Positions 32,227 to 47,688 of a stretch of 64,000 nt of DNA are shown one piece after another (position 1 is the first letter of the stretch; each line of letters starts with the position of its first letter). The stretch lies in the NCBI RefSeq assembly GCF_009914755.1, contig NC_060928.1. One strand, given 5' to 3'. A program made the translations under genes and the position numbers. The notes under the pieces are model-generated. The model saw only the letters and a program-made list of their open reading frames with translations. It searched no databases and had not been told where the DNA came from. Source of the stretch: the human T2T-CHM13v2.0 reference genome, Homo sapiens.

Positions 32227-32632
32227 ACCATGGGATGGTTCTTGCCAGCCTAAGGAGGATGTGCAGTGAGGGTTTTCATGTCCTCGGCTTCATATTTTGT
32301 TTTTTGTTTGTTTGTTTGTTTGTTTTTTGTTGTTGTTTCGAGACAGTCTCACTCACTCTGTTTCCTGGGCTAGAGTATAGTGGCATGATCACAGCAGTCT
32401 CCCCAGCTAATTTTTGTATTTTTTGTAGAAATGGGGTTTTGCCATGTTGCCCGGGCTGGTCTTAAATTCCTAGGCTTAAGTGATCTGCCCATCTTGGCCT
32501 CCCAAAGTGCTGGGACTACAGGTTTGAGCCAATATGCCTGGCCTGTTTCACCTTTTGACATCAGAGGCCCAAAAACTTAACCCTGGGATCATGCTAAGGC
32601 CACCATTTTTGAACATGGGTCTCATGGAGAGG

Positions 32633-33150
32633 TGTAAGGTAAATGAACGTGCTTTGGTCAAGAATAGGCCGAGGCAGACATGCAGGCCAGCATGACTCAG
32701 CAAGTTTGGAGTGCAGGCGCACAACTCCACTTGTTGTATAACGCGTGTGTGTAAGCTCATACTTGGCTTAAAGCCACTATGTTTTTAAAAGCTATAGCTG
32801 CCCTGCAGACACTGTACATGGGACACACACTCAGAGGGAGAGAGTGAAGCTCCTGACCCTGTAGGGAGAGCCAACTATCTTGCAGATGGATGAGGGGAGC
32901 CAGAAACCAGCAAGTGTGTCAAGGAATGCAGCTGTAAGTGTGGGAGTGACAAAAGCTGTAGAGCTGGCTGCAGAGAAGGGGTGCAGCTAGAGCAGACAGC
33001 TGAGACAAAGGAACAGTGTACGAGAGCTGCTGAATAAAACCATATTTCACCTGCCTATGGCCCCCTGAGTGTTCTTTCAGCTATTTGCCACCCATCCACC
33101 CACTCCCCTTGGACCTCAGCATAGGCTGGAACCTGACACTTGGTGTGACA
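32633..33150 (+). mobile_element. LTR18-like ERVL solo LTR
   Basis: TGTAAGGTA...GTGCTTTGGTCAAG start, GTGTGACA end, AATAAA and 5-bp TSD AGAGG. Confidence 0.82.
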
Positions 33151-33930
33151 AGAGGCATGAAGGTCAATTGCACATGTGTTTCTCATTTTATAAATATTCA
33201 TGACTCCTCCTATAGTTTATTGAATATGTATATTTGGCCACCCACTTCAGTATAAATTCCTGTCTTATTCTTCTCACCCTTGAAGTGCTTGTCTCTGGCT
33301 TCCGATGGGAGATTATGCTTCCCAGCCTGTCAAAATGGCCACTTGCAGGCTGCAACCCTTTATGAAAAATAAAGCTCTCCTTTCCATACTTATGAACCTC
33401 ATCATTCTTCAGTTGCCACTTTTTTTGAAACAAAGGTGATTTTAAGATCACATACAATTTATTTGAAAATAATACTAATATCTATTATAATTTGGTCTAT
33501 TATGTATAATTATATATAATTTGGTCTGTTATAATTTGGTCTTTAACCAAATTCTAATAGATATAGTAGCTTTCTGAGCTACTATATAATAGCTTTCTAA
33601 GAACATTTATATATGTTCATTAATACATACATACATTTTATGTCATATATAATAGCTCTCTAAGAACATTTATATAATATAATAGCTTTCTAAAAACATT
33701 TAAACAACAGAGGACTTGATCTTAAACCAATCAAGATGAAATAAGAAAATAAGAATAACTTTGTGTTTCATTTCCTCATCTGTTAAATGAAAAGAAAAAG
33801 AAAAAGAAAAAAAATAATAATTTGGTCAAATAGCCTATCACGAAACCATGAAGAAATTTGTGTGTCCATATCTCTGACAGATCTTGCACTTTAACCATTG
33901 TAAGTAAAATGGCATTTGTTTGGGCAATAT

Positions 33931-33964
<34 letters not shown>

Positions 33965-33984
33965 CGAAACAAAACAAAAAACTC

Positions 33985-36722
33985 CCATTTCAGAAAACTT
34001 CTTTACAAAGAGGAGAAAGAAAACAGTGTTATGATTAAATAAGCATTAAATCAGAATGTGATGTGCAGCTCAGACAATCTGCTAAAGAGATTGCAAAATC
34101 AGAAAGAAATCCACTGACATATAGCTAGCTGGACATAACCCATCACATTAGGCAGGTGATTTGTGAATTTGAGTCAGGTGATAGCCAAAGTTAGCCCACC
34201 TCCTCCCAGGAGACTGGGAAGATAGGGTATTATCTTCCTTGATGGTTACATTTCAAGGAAATGACTCCCAGGTCCTTGAGAAAACATTTTTGAATCATGA
34301 GCCTGGAAAGAGGCTTATTTAGCTATTTAAAAGACTTACATACATTTGAAAAGGGCTAAGAAATTCTTAGAAAAAAGAGGGGGCGAAGTAGAGAGGTGGG
34401 TCTCTTTCCTTATTTTCAACAGGAAGAATTAAGTTTCTTATTCACCCTTACACACACTCTGGGGTTAGTTAATAAACTGAATTCATGTTAGATAATGAGG
34501 GATAAAAGGTAATTCAGCAAATATCAAGGATACAGTTTTCCTTTTTGGCAAAGCAGCAGAAACATACTTACTTTCCTAATTGCCTAGGCCAGGGTTTTTC
34601 AACCTTGGCACTGTAAAGGAGGAAAAATATCTTTCCTTCCCCTCATTTTAGGTTCATTGGCTGGGGGTCCCTGTAACAAAAGACAGATTAACAAGAGAAA
34701 AGCATCCAAATTTATTTAATATAAGTTTTACATGACAGAGGAGCCTTCACAAGGAAATGAAGACCCAAAGAAATGGAGTAAACCTGAGCATTGTTTTTGC
34801 TAGGTTTGATGAAGAGTGGACAGTCTTGGAGAAATATAATAGGGCAAAGAGTATGATCTAATGGTAGTAAACTAGGGGAAACAGCAAGTCTTCCTTATTA
34901 ATTCTTCTCTGTGTCTCTGTGTCTTTGAAAATAAGGATGTTTCATTTCCCTTGGTGTATGGAGGACACCTCTCATATGAGGTCTTATGATCTGCTTCAGG
35001 GGAAGTTCAGAAAATCCTTTCCAGGTTTTTTCCTTTTCCTTCTCCTTTCCTTCCCATTTTCCTCTCCTCTCCTCTCCTCCCCTCCCTTGCCCTCCACTCC
35101 CCTCTCCTCTCTTCTCTTCTCCTTTCTTCCTTCTTCTTACAGGGTCTAGCTATATTGCCCAGGCTGAATTCAAATTCCTGGGCTCAAGTGATTCACCCAC
35201 CTCAGCCTCCCAAAGTGCAAAGATTACAGTCATGAGCCACCATGCCTGGCCTGTTTTTTGCTATAGGGGTGTCTGCTGTGAACCTTGTGACAAGTGAGGA
35301 GAAGATACTACTTTTTCTCCCCTACATCATTCTAATTTCAGTGATTGGCTTTGCTGTGCCAGGCAACCCCGGTTCAGTTCTGTAACACCCCCAGATGATG
35401 TCTGATTACCCTGGCCTGCCTTCAGCAAGAATCCTGTTAGGCTGGTTTAGCCAGAACCCGCCTTACCCTGCATGTTTCCTTTTAATAATTTTCCATCCAC
35501 TGACCCATTTCCTGCTCCTTGGCTCTAAATTCCCACTTGCCCACGGTATATTTGGAGTTGAGCCCAATCTTTCTCCCCTACTGAAAAATCCCATCACAGT
35601 GGTCCCTATACGTATCTGAATGGTCCTGAATAAAGTCTGCCTTATGAAGGGGTTAAGAACCTGCCACCCCACAATATGTTCCGGCATATTGAGTATTTTG
35701 AGTTAGAGGCACTCAAAAAACGGCAGATGCGAGAAGATAACTCTGACCTTCCTTCTGTTTCCTAAAAGCAGGAGATGAAATTCCTACATGAGGGATATTC
35801 TGCCTATTCCAGAAGGAAAGTATCATTCTTATCATCAAGGATGGGAAGTTGAGGCTGAGGGGAATCTGAACAAACCATAGACTAATCCTTATCTTCCTAG
35901 CCACTGCACTACCCAATACCCTTTGCTGCATCACATTTTCACAATTTACTACTCTTTAATTCTTTATACAAGTGTTCATCTCTAGCAGCATCTTTGGGTC
36001 TTCATTTCCTTATGAAGTCCCCTGTGCCATGTGAAATCGTACTAAATTTTCTGTATGTTTTTTCCTGTTGATCCCTCTTATGTCAATTTAGTTCTCAGCT
36101 TGGGGGGTGAAAAAAACAAATCCTGAGGGCATTTTGCCTCTCTTTATGTATGGGAGGAAAAATAATGCCCTCCTCCAACCTTCATGAGCTTTATAACAAA
36201 AGACAGATTAACAAGAGAGGAACAAATGGAAGTTTAATAACATGTGTACCCCCTGTAACATGGGAGATAACCCAGAGAAATGAGTAAATCTCTAGAGTAG
36301 ATCTCAAAGAAAGATTTTAAAACCTCAGGCTTGAATAGCATTATTCTCTGAAACAAAGAAATAAGGATGGAGAGAATGGCCAGCTAAGATAAGATGGCCA
36401 GAAAAAGCATCTTAAACAAAGGCACATTTGTTGTACAGATTTAAGTTGATGCCTTCCTTCTTTATTGATTAAGCATCTCTAAAGATTTAGTCTTCCTTCT
36501 CCTCCTGGTGCAGAGAGGGAGACACACTTAAAAATGGAGACTGCCTTTATAGCTGCAAATTTCTCTTACACAAAAGGGTAACTTTCCAGAACTTCTCCTG
36601 TGTCTGCAGTTTCTCAAAATAACCAGCTCAAAATAAACCTTATGCCAAAGAGGCCTATTTTGGGGTGGCATATTCTGGACTCTGGCAGTCGTATTTTGGA
36701 GTGGTATGTCCTGAGCCCTGTC
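33985..36722. mobile_element. Cluster of abutting or nested ERV1-class LTRs (MER34/MER31-like) with a FLAM and a (TCTCC)n tract at ~35030-35135
   Basis: Repeated TAACAAAAGACAGATTAACAAGAGA blocks (~34675, ~36195) and TG/CA termini. Confidence 0.7.
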
Positions 36723-36811
36723 ACTTACTGTGTTTAATAAGGATCATCAAATAATTTTTTCTCTAGCAGAACTTAGTGTGCCACTGGCATGCAGCACTCA
36801 CAGGTTCCCCA

Positions 36812-37443
36812 TGTTACTGGAAAGGGGTCCCAGTCTAGACCCTAAGAGAGGGTTCTTGGACCTCATGCAAGAAAGAATTCAGGACAAGTCCATATGGTAA
36901 AGTGAAAGCAAGTTTTTAAGAAAGTGAAAGAATAAAAGAATGGCTACTCCATAGGCAGAGCAGTGGCATGGGCTGCTCAACTGAGTATACTTACAGGTAT
37001 TTCTTGATTTTATGCTAAACAGGGGTGGATTATTCATGAGTTTTCTGGGAAAGAGGTGGGCAATTCCTGGAACTGAGGGTTCCTCACCTTTTTAGGCCAT
37101 ATGGGGTAACTTCCTGATGTTGCCATGGCATTTGTAAACTGTCATGGCACTGGTGGGAGTGTCTTTTAGTGTGGTAATACATTGTAATTAGCATAAAATG
37201 AGCAGTAAGGATGACTAGAGGTAACTTTCGTCATCATCTTGGTTTTGGTGGATTTTAGCTCGCTTCTTTACCACAACCTGTTTTATCAGCAAGGTCTCTG
37301 TGACCTGTATCTTCTGCCAACCTCCTATCTCATACTGTGATTAAGTATGCTTGACCTACTGGAATGCAGCATAGTATGTCTCAGCCTTATTTTATCCAGC
37401 ACCTATTCAAGATAAAGTCACTCTGGTTCGAATGCCTCTGACA
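36812..37443 (-). mobile_element. MER41 (MER41B-like) solo LTR
   Basis: Minus-strand start TGTCAGAGGCATTCGAACCAGAG, 632 bp, TSD CCCA. Confidence 0.9.
37043..37072. promoter_or_regulatory. Tandem GAS (STAT) motifs in MER41
   Basis: TTCTGGGAA (37043-51) and TTCCTGGAA (37064-72) both fit TTCN3GAA. Activity not shown. Confidence 0.65.
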
Positions 37444-38107
37444 CCCATGCCGTCCTTTTTTCCGAATGGGTCAGTGAGGTGGAGGTGGAAGCACACGCCT
37501 TTAACATCCTCTCCTAATCTCCCTCAGCACTATGTTCCTACCTCTCCTCTTCAATTCCTCTTCTTAACACTTTTGATACAGTTATTTATGAGGATGCCTT
37601 ATCTCTGCCGCTAAGCTGCATGTTTCATTAGGACTGTATCCTATTAGATTCACCTTTGTATCCTCTGCAGCACACAGCAAACCCTCAATAGAAAGTATGG
37701 GTGTCATGAAACAACTTCAAACAGGAACCAAACTGTAATCTACCTGGTCTTAAATTGATGCCTTTCTGGTTTCCACAGTAAAATGAGAGAAAGGTTTTCT
37801 GCAGTGTTCAGATTCTGGAAGCTAGGCCCTTTTCTTCCCCCTTAGATCTCTGGACTTCATCTTTCCCTTCTCTGTATCATTTCTTGCTCATATTTATGGA
37901 AACACACCGTGGCCAAACAGCTCTATTTTTCCTCCCTTTGCTGGCCTACAACTGTTTCTCCAGTTCCCATTGTCCTTAAAGGGTACCAGAATATCTCAGC
38001 CCAAAATATGCCTTTTTGGCTTATGAATTATTTTGAGCTAAAGGCAATTAAGAGCCAGCAGATACAGGAAAAGCTCTTTATCTCCTGATGACTGCCTGAA
38101 AACAAAG

Positions 38108-40402
38108 TGTATTAGTCTGTTTTCGCACTGCTGTAAAGAACTACCTGAGACTGGGCAATTTATAAAGAACAGAGGTTTAATTGACTCAGTTCCACATGGC
38201 TGGGGAGGACTAAGGAGTCTTCCAATCATGGCGGAAGGCAAAGGGGAAGCAAGGCACATCTTAAATGACAGCAGGAGAGTGGGGTGGAAGTGCCCCACAC
38301 TTTTTAAACCATCAGATCTCATGAGAACTCACTCACTATCACGAGAAGAGCAAGGGGGAACATCTGCCGCCAAGATCCAATCACCTCCCACCAGGCTCCT
38401 CCTCCAATTTGACATGATATTTGGGTGGGAACACAAATCCAAACCATATCATTCTGCCCCTGTCCCCTCCCAAATCTCATGTCCTTTTCACATTGCAAAA
38501 TACAATTATCTGTTCTCAACAGTCCCCCATTCTTTACTCATTTCAGCATTAACTCAAAAGTCCACGGTCCAAAGTCTTACCTGAGACAAGGTAAGTCCCT
38601 TCCATCTATGAGCCTGTAAAATTAAACAGTTACTTCCAAGACACATTGGGGTACAGGGATTGGGTAAATGCTCCCATTCCAAATGGGAGAAATTAGCCAA
38701 AACAAAAGGGCTACAGGCCCCATGCAAGTCCGAAACCCAGCAGGGAAGTCATTAGATCTTACAGCTCCAGAATAATCTCCTTTGATGCCATGTCTCACAT
38801 CCAGGTCATACTGATGCAAGAGGTGGGCTCCCAATGCCTTGGGCAGCCCCACCCCTGTGGCTCTGCATGGTATAGCCCACATGGCTGCTTTCACGGCTGA
38901 AGTTTAGTGCCTGTGGTTTTTCCAGGCACACAGTGCAAACTGTCAGTAGATCTACCATTCTGGAGTCTGAAGGACAGTAGCCCTCTTCTCACAGCTCCAG
39001 TAGGCAGTGCCCTAGTGGGGACTCTGTGTGGGGGCTCCAACACCACATTTTCCCTCTGCACTGCCCTAGAAGAGGTTCTCCATGAGGGCACCCCCCACCT
39101 GCAGTAGACGTCTGCCCTGGACATCCAGGCATTTCCATACATCCTCTGAAATCTACGTGGAGATTCCCAAACCTCAATTCCCAAACCTGCGCACCCATAG
39201 GCCAATACCACATGGAAGCTGCCAAGGCTTGGGGCTTGCACCCTCTGAAGCCATGGCCAGAGCTGTACTTTGGCCCCTTTTAGCCACAGTTGGAGCTGGA
39301 GCAGCTGGGATGCAGGATGCCATGTCCTAAGGCTGCACAGAGGAGCAGGGCCCTGGGCCTGGCCCACTAAACCATTTTTTCCTACTAGGCATCCAGGTCT
39401 GTGATGGGAGGGGCTGCCATGGAGGTCCCTGAAATGCCCTGGAGACATTTTCTCCACTGTCCTGGCTATTAAAATTTGGCTCCTCTTTACTTATCAAAAT
39501 TTCTAGAACAGACTGGAATTTCTCCCCAGAAAATGGCTGGCTACCACATGGCTGGGCTGCAGATTTTCCAAACTTTCACGCTCTGCTTCCAGTTTCAGAC
39601 AATCTCTTTGTTTGTGCATATGAACATACACTTTTACAAACAGTCAGGTCATATCTTGAATGCTTTGCTGCTTAAAAATTTCTCTTGCCAGATACCCTAA
39701 ATCATCTTTCTTAAGTTCAAAATTCCATAAATCTCTAAGGCAGGGGCAAAATGCTACCAGACTTTTTGCTAAAGCATAGCAAGAGTGACCTTTACTTCAG
39801 TTTTCAATAAGTTCCTCTTCTCTATTTGAGACCACCTCAGCCCGGACTACATTGTCCATAGTCATCATCAGCATTTCTGTCAAAAGCCATTCAACAAGTC
39901 TCTAGGAAGCTCCAAACTTTCCCATATCTTCCTGTCTTCTTCTGAGCCCTCCAAACTGTGCCAACCTCTGCCCATTACCCAGTTCTGGCATTGTTTCTAC
40001 ATTTTCAGGTATCTTTATAGCAGTGCATTACTCCTGGTACCAATTTTCTGTGTTAGTCTGTTCTCACACTGCTATAAAGAACTACCTGAGGCTGGATAAT
40101 TTATAAAGAAAAGAGGTTTAATTGACTCACAGTTCCGCAGGCTTAACAGGAAGCATGACTGGGAGGCCTCAAGAAATGTACCATCATGTTGGAAAGGGAA
40201 GCAAGCACCCTCTTCACATGGTGGCAGGGGAAGGAGGGGAGGCTCCACATCACTTTTAAACAATCAGGTCTCCTGAGAACTCACTCACTATCACAAGACC
40301 AGCAAGGGGGAAATCTGCCCCCATGATCCAATCACCTCCCACCAGGCCCCTCCTCCAATTCAACATGAGATTTGGGAGGGGACAAAAATCCAAACCATAC
40401 CA
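38108..40402 (-). mobile_element. Full-length MST (MSTA-like) MaLR provirus inserted in a MER34-like LTR (~37976-40835)
   Basis: LTRs 38108-38451 and 40049-40402, MST-int between them, TSD CAAAG. Confidence 0.92.
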
Positions 40403-41297
40403 CAAAGTAATTTTTTTGTAAAAAAGTTTATATTTTTGAAGGACACTTCCATTTGTAAAGATGTCTCCGTACCAAGGACACAGCTACTCCAGGGAGACAA
40501 GTCTTATCCCCTCCACCCCACCCCCACCGCCAGAGAGTATTATCTGCATAACAGGACAAGTCTTCTTTACCTTACATTTCTCCCCTCACCTACCCATAAC
40601 TTGCTTCCTCTGCTCAGAAGCCCAAAGACCCTTTTATTTGTGTAGCTTAGTCTGTGTAAAAGCATCAAGCATCTGGCTACCTCCTTGAGTCACATTTTCT
40701 CTCATTTGTACATATATAAATTAAACTGTGTTTTCTTTCTTGTTCACCTGCCTTTATCAGTTTGATTTGCGGGCCTCAGCCATTGAAGCTAGGAGGATAG
40801 AAGGAAAAAGATTTTCTTCTCTATATCCCCCAAACACTAACCAATTTCCTGTTCCTATAAAGAATTTAAGGAAGACTGGCATTGGAAAGTCCCTGATAGT
40901 GATGAGGAAGACCAAGCCATGCCTACCTCTTTTATCAGAGAGTGTCCTGTTTGGAAAACAGAGCCCATCTCAGATAATTTTGTTGAGGGAATTTGATATA
41001 GGGAACCAAATACAAAAGTCTTGAGAGAATTGAAAAGTCAAACAAAGGACAAGGAGGCAAGCCAGATATTAGCAACAGCAAGAGGCTACTACTACCCACA
41101 GGACTAGAAAGAACAAAAGAAAAGGTGGTATTGGGAAGCCAGGAGCCAGAACCACCACCATTGGTGGGAGTTAACCACTTTGGAGCCTGCCCAAGGAGCT
41201 GAGGCTGCAGAGAGGCTGCCTCAAAAAAGCTGGGACCTTAGAGGAGACGCAGCTGGAGATGCTGCCAGATCTCCCGCCAGTGCCTCCCACTGGCCTA

Positions 41298-42249
41298 TTG
41301 AGAAGGAAAAACTTTTCCTTTACTATCTTACATTCGGTAGCTCAGGGCCTGTCAATTTAACAGACAAAAGACAGAGTCACAGGAGAAAAGACAGTTTGTG
41401 TGTGCAATGCACACATGAGTGCTCAGTGAGGAGTCACTGGGTGTGGTGTGGTGGTTGGAATTTGGGGCTTACATTCCTAACTTCATAGGTGAAAGGGAGA
41501 AAGGAGAAAAGTCTCCTCATGAAAGAACAAATAGATTTCTTTAGGAAAGACAAATAGGTTTTTAGGGGAAAAAAAACAGGAGAAAAGAAAGTTTTTAATA
41601 ATGTTCGTTTGTAAGTAGTCTTTCTGTCTTCTTTCTGGCCATGAAACCACACTGAAGAGGGGATTTATGGTAGGTTAACTCTTGGTCTCTCTCATGGGAG
41701 AAAATCTGCTTCAAAGAGGAAATTTATGGCACCCTCATTTAGAAGTTTCTGCTTTTTGTCAGAGAAACGAAGCTCTGAGAGGGCTCCTTTCTGTATCTGT
41801 TGAATCTCAAATGTCTTCAGCTTAAAATAATCTTTATATTTTCCACCTAAATGACAGAGAGAGGCTCTCTAAAAGAAAAGATGTTTATTTGGGAATGGAA
41901 CATTGCAATAGGAATGCACATACCGTAGTAAACTATGTGCATATTTAGGGAGGTGAAGGAACACAAAGGTTTTCAAAGGAAAAAATGAGGATTATGTAAT
42001 TGTTTTGAAATAATTATCCTTGGCTATGAAGATCAATAATAATGGTGGCACCAGTCCAAGGTTGGACTGGCAGTTGCTGGGCAGAAGTCCTTGCAGAAGT
42101 ATTTTATGTACAAAGTTGTGTTTTGTTGTAGAGTCTTTTTCATGATCAGGCATACAAGCATGAAACCCTCTCTTCATGGCCTTCCCTGGCTCTATTGTCA
42201 GGGTTTTCTTAACATCAGTGACTCCATTTTGACTCTGACATCTTTCACA
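41298..42249 (-). mobile_element. Two adjacent ERV1-class LTRs
   Basis: MER34-like block (ACAGACAAAAGACAGAGTCACAGGAGAAAA), then a block ending CTCCATTTTGACTCTGACATCTTTCACA. Confidence 0.65.
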
Positions 42250-43904
42250 ATACCAGCTCTGGAGCTCCAAGTGGGTTCCCACAGAATAAACCTAACTGAG
42301 CACCAGGTCAACAAGGAAGACTGGGAAATGGAAATGTCCAGGCTCTGGCCCCTACAATTCTGAGAAGAAAAGAGCAGGGGATGGTTCTGAGAACAAATAA
42401 ACAGCCATCCCATTTCTTTTTCTGTGGTCACCAGTGATGTAGCTCCACAGTTGCCCCTTTTGGAGTACTCCACCATGCAGGAAACACTGCCTACCCCCAG
42501 ACAGCAAGCCCAGCAGTTCACTTCCGGGTTTCCTTGAATTGCCACTTTGATGGTACTGCCTGAAAAGCAAGAAGAGCTTTTAATCTGAGAGAACTCCACC
42601 GCCCTCCATAGTCGCATACATGTAACTACTAACTTACATTGGTTTGTAAGTAACACCAAACTGAGGTGCTTAAATAAAACACCCCAATAACACTCTGAAG
42701 CTTCTTAATTCACAGTATAGATGTGGCGAGTGTTCCCAGGGATAAGGAGTGGAACTCATTTCCTTCCAAGCCACTTGAATTACCTGTGGAACAATTTATC
42801 TGCAATTCTAGCAGAGACCAGCCAGGACATCTGTTACCAAGGGTGGGATTCAAGCTTCTCATTCAACAGATCATTGACATTCACTAAGGAAAAGCGAAAT
42901 ATTGAGTGGGTTTCTCTGATCTTAGTCTGCTTAGTGGTCTGTATCAGACACAGGAACTCAATTGATCATTATTTATGGATGAAACCACTCGCCATTATGA
43001 ATCAGTAACATGCCAATTACGCATTTGGAATAAATAATGGGAAAGACTTTTTCTCATTGCTGAATTGATAATAAAGAAGTTTTGACAGTGTCTGCTCATT
43101 TTTCAGGAAAAGACAACAAAAAAGGACACATGAAACTTGTAGGGAAGCCAGCCTCCACCTGCCGTTCACTCTGCCCACAGTAACAAAAGTGCGGATGCAG
43201 CCACTGTTAGCGTGTTCTGCCCACGGCACTATTTAGTGAGGCATCAGACCTTTCTCACATTTTTCTGTGTGGACTCATGTCCTGCTTTTGTGCTTCTCTC
43301 AAGGACTTTCGGCTTCTCCTGAAAGAACACGTGTTCATCCAGCCCAACATCTTGGCAAAGGTAAGTCTTTTTGGCAGCAGGGCCATTAATGATAGTAGGT
43401 GCTGGCAAAAGTGTAGGCAGCCAGTGCTCAGGGGAAGGCAGTGACCCAATTACTGACAGCTGTTAGAGCCTCGTTTCTCTGCCTTTTAGTTTCCCCAGCA
43501 GAGTGGTACTGACACCACCATCATTAACAGTTAATTTTGATTTAGTATGTCTGCACAGGCTGGGACAACTAAAGTGCAGCCTGTTGCCTATAAAAGCTCA
43601 ACTCCCCCCTTGAGGTCATTTTGAATTGCACCTGCTCAGGCCCAGGCGATGGGTGGAAGAAGCTTTTCAAGGTCATTCCAGTTTCTAAAGGCTTCCTCCT
43701 GCAGCTGGAGTCTTGAAAGCTGAACTTAAGAGCTATGCAAAGGGCTGAAATAACTTATGTTAAAACCCTCTTTCTACTCCCCTGTGATCATACTGAGAAA
43801 AACCCAAGAACTAAAATTAAGTTAAAGACCAAGACCCAGGTTTTATAACAACCAAATGTCAAGCTTAGTGATGGTATTTTAAAAAACGAGCTAAGTGGAG
43901 CATT

Positions 43905-45095
43905 TTGAACAAATATTGGAGGGCGACAAAAACTCTCTTCTTGACCAAAGTTTATTTATTACTTTATGTTTTAAAAATAGATACAGGGCCTCAGTCTGTT
44001 GCCAGGCTGGAGTGCAATGGCATGATCATATCTCACTGCAGCGTGAATCTCCTGAGCTCAAGTGATCCTGCCACCTCACCCTCCCAACGTTCTGGGATTA
44101 TAGACGTGAGCCACCATGCCCGGCTCAAACTTTAGAAAGACTCCTCTGAGTCCTCTTTTTGATGAGGCCTCAACTTTGGCCTGTAAAAACTACAGACTCT
44201 CAGAACAAATGATTTCATCCACACTCTCTCTTCCCCACTAAAAGACTCGAACCACCAGTAATATAGTCTCTAACAGTTAAGGCTGAACCCCTAGGATGAC
44301 CCCTCACTCCCCTTAAAGTTCCTGCCTGGGAATGCTCAAGGCTGCTGGAGAATTACTGTTTGTTCCAGCCCAAACCTGGTAATAGACAGATAGGCCCCTT
44401 CACCTGCCTGCCTTAGAGCAGTACCTTTAGAAAGTTTGCAAGTGTAGATGCTTTCTCTCCCTCTTTGTGATGTTGATTTCCACTATCCAGAACTGTCTCC
44501 TCGAGAACCTGAGGGCCATTCCTTTTTTTTTTTTTGAGATGGTTGAAGTGATTCTCCTGCCTCAGACTCCTGGGTAGCTGGGATTACAGGCTCCTGCCGC
44601 TATATCTGGCTAATTTTTGTATTTTTAGTAGAGACGGGGTTTTACCATGTTGGCCAGGCTGATCTCAAATTCCGAATGACCTCCAGTGATCCGGCCGCCC
44701 AGACCTCCCAAAGTGGTGGGATTACTGGCGTGAGCCACTGCGCCTGCTGGCCATCTCTTTGAAATGCAAAAATTCAGGGAAATAACTCTGCTCTCCTTAC
44801 CACATCTCCCAGTAGGGTGACCACTGCGCTCTAACTAGCAGCACTATCTCCTGTCATAAAGATGTGAGGGGAAATCTGCTTTTCTTCCACATAAGCACCA
44901 ATCAACAAACCCAGTCCCTGCTCAAGCTCGGTCTGGTTCTCCCATCCTACTCCCTCATTCTCCCTTTCAAACACCCAGTCAACTCTGCACAATCAAAGTA
45001 AGCTCAGTTCACACTGTATCGCTTCCCTATTGCAGTGGTTATGACAGAATAATGTCTATTTTAGTACTTTACTAGTGTCTGACTTTGTCTTTGAC
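43905..45095 (+). mobile_element. ERV1-class LTR (MER31/67-like) with two partial Alus
   Basis: TGAACAAAT start and TGTCTTTGACA end; Alu pieces at ~43975-44125 and ~44522-44751. Confidence 0.65.
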
Positions 45096-46302
45096 AAAGG
45101 TCAGATACATTTTCTTTTTGTCATAGGGAGCAGGGATTAGTTTAGACAGACAGACCATGGAGCTAAGAAGACCAAGGTTATTATGAACTTGACCTCCAGA
45201 TGGCTCTGCCCATATTGCAGTGGCATGTGCACACCTCTGTCAGGCGTTTCACACATGGCGTCCATTGATCACAAGGGAGACCAGATGAGAAAGTAGTGCT
45301 GGCTCAGCACAAACGACGTGCTGCTGCTCATTTGGTTTCTCGTTACTGCTTTAAGAGCTCCAGTATACAGATGGTGCAGCTCATAGCCTCTTCTTTGTAC
45401 GCCTCAGCTGGAAGAGTACCTGTGCTCTTGCTCCCCCAAATGCCTTCTCTCTGACATCCCCAATTCTCCTGTCCTTTTAGCATCTAGTTCATGGTCCTCT
45501 TCTACCACAGTTCCTTCCCAGACTCTACCTCCCACTTTGCTCACTCTGGTGCCTAGAACATTTATCTTGCATACTCTACATCTCGTTTTGTTACCCTGGG
45601 TAACAAAATTTCACTACTCCTAAAAGAAATAAGGACCAAGTATTCCACCTCCTGCCTTCTACTAGTATCAGGCTAGTATGTTGAAACTATTCGGTAAAAT
45701 GCACTTAAATATTTTAAATGAGCTTTCAATGGCTTTGACAAATTTCAGTAAAATGATGTTGAATCCCTTCATCATTTCTAGGATGGACATTAAACTTTTA
45801 TTACAACTCTCAAAATGCTTACAAATTTATGCAAAATCAAACTAGTGTTGCTGCACTTTGTATGGAGTAAGTAGTCTATTGCCTATGGATTTTTTTTCCA
45901 ATTTTATGTGTGATCATACAGTAATATTATATTTTACCACAAAGGAAAAACGTTTAGCATTTGGCATTATAATAGCTAGTTCTTTACACTCTCATTGCTG
46001 TTAGCCTACATTTTCATAACTTTATGCATATCTTTCTTATGATACTATCCTTTCTACCCATTTTAAAAAGAGAAGAAAGGTTTGGGAAAGTGTTAGAGAC
46101 TAACTAGATGGCTCATAAAAACTCCTCTGCAGTTAGTAATTCAAACTTCTGTGTTAATTGGATCTTTGTTGTTCTGTTTTAATCAACTAAGGATAGGACT
46201 TTTACATTTTACTTAAACTGTTATAATACTATAAATAAATAATACTAATACTATAAATAAAATCTTTTCACTGGAGAAAAGTGCAATCAATAAAAATGTT
46301 AG

Positions 46303-47688
<1,386 letters not shown>

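Larger units (their letters stand above)
28396..33418 (+). mobile_element. MER4-group ERV1 LTR expanded to ~5 kb by nested insertions
   Basis: LTR pieces 28396-28523, 31132-31333, 32227-32632 (with an Alu) and 33151-33418 rejoin across TSDs. AATAAA and TTCAGTTGCCA at the end. Confidence 0.8.

Noticed and set aside
33470-33700. Imperfect AT-rich repeats (TATAATTTGGTCT; ATAATAGCTTTCTAAGAACATTT)
   Set aside because: Low-complexity degenerate minisatellite without unique spacers; no CRISPR-like structure in this eukaryotic DNA.
45230-45410. Minus-strand frame AEAYKEEAMSCTICILELLKQ* after a possible acceptor
   Set aside because: Weak splice sites, several stops and no recognisable motif. It could be another decayed exon but is unsupported.
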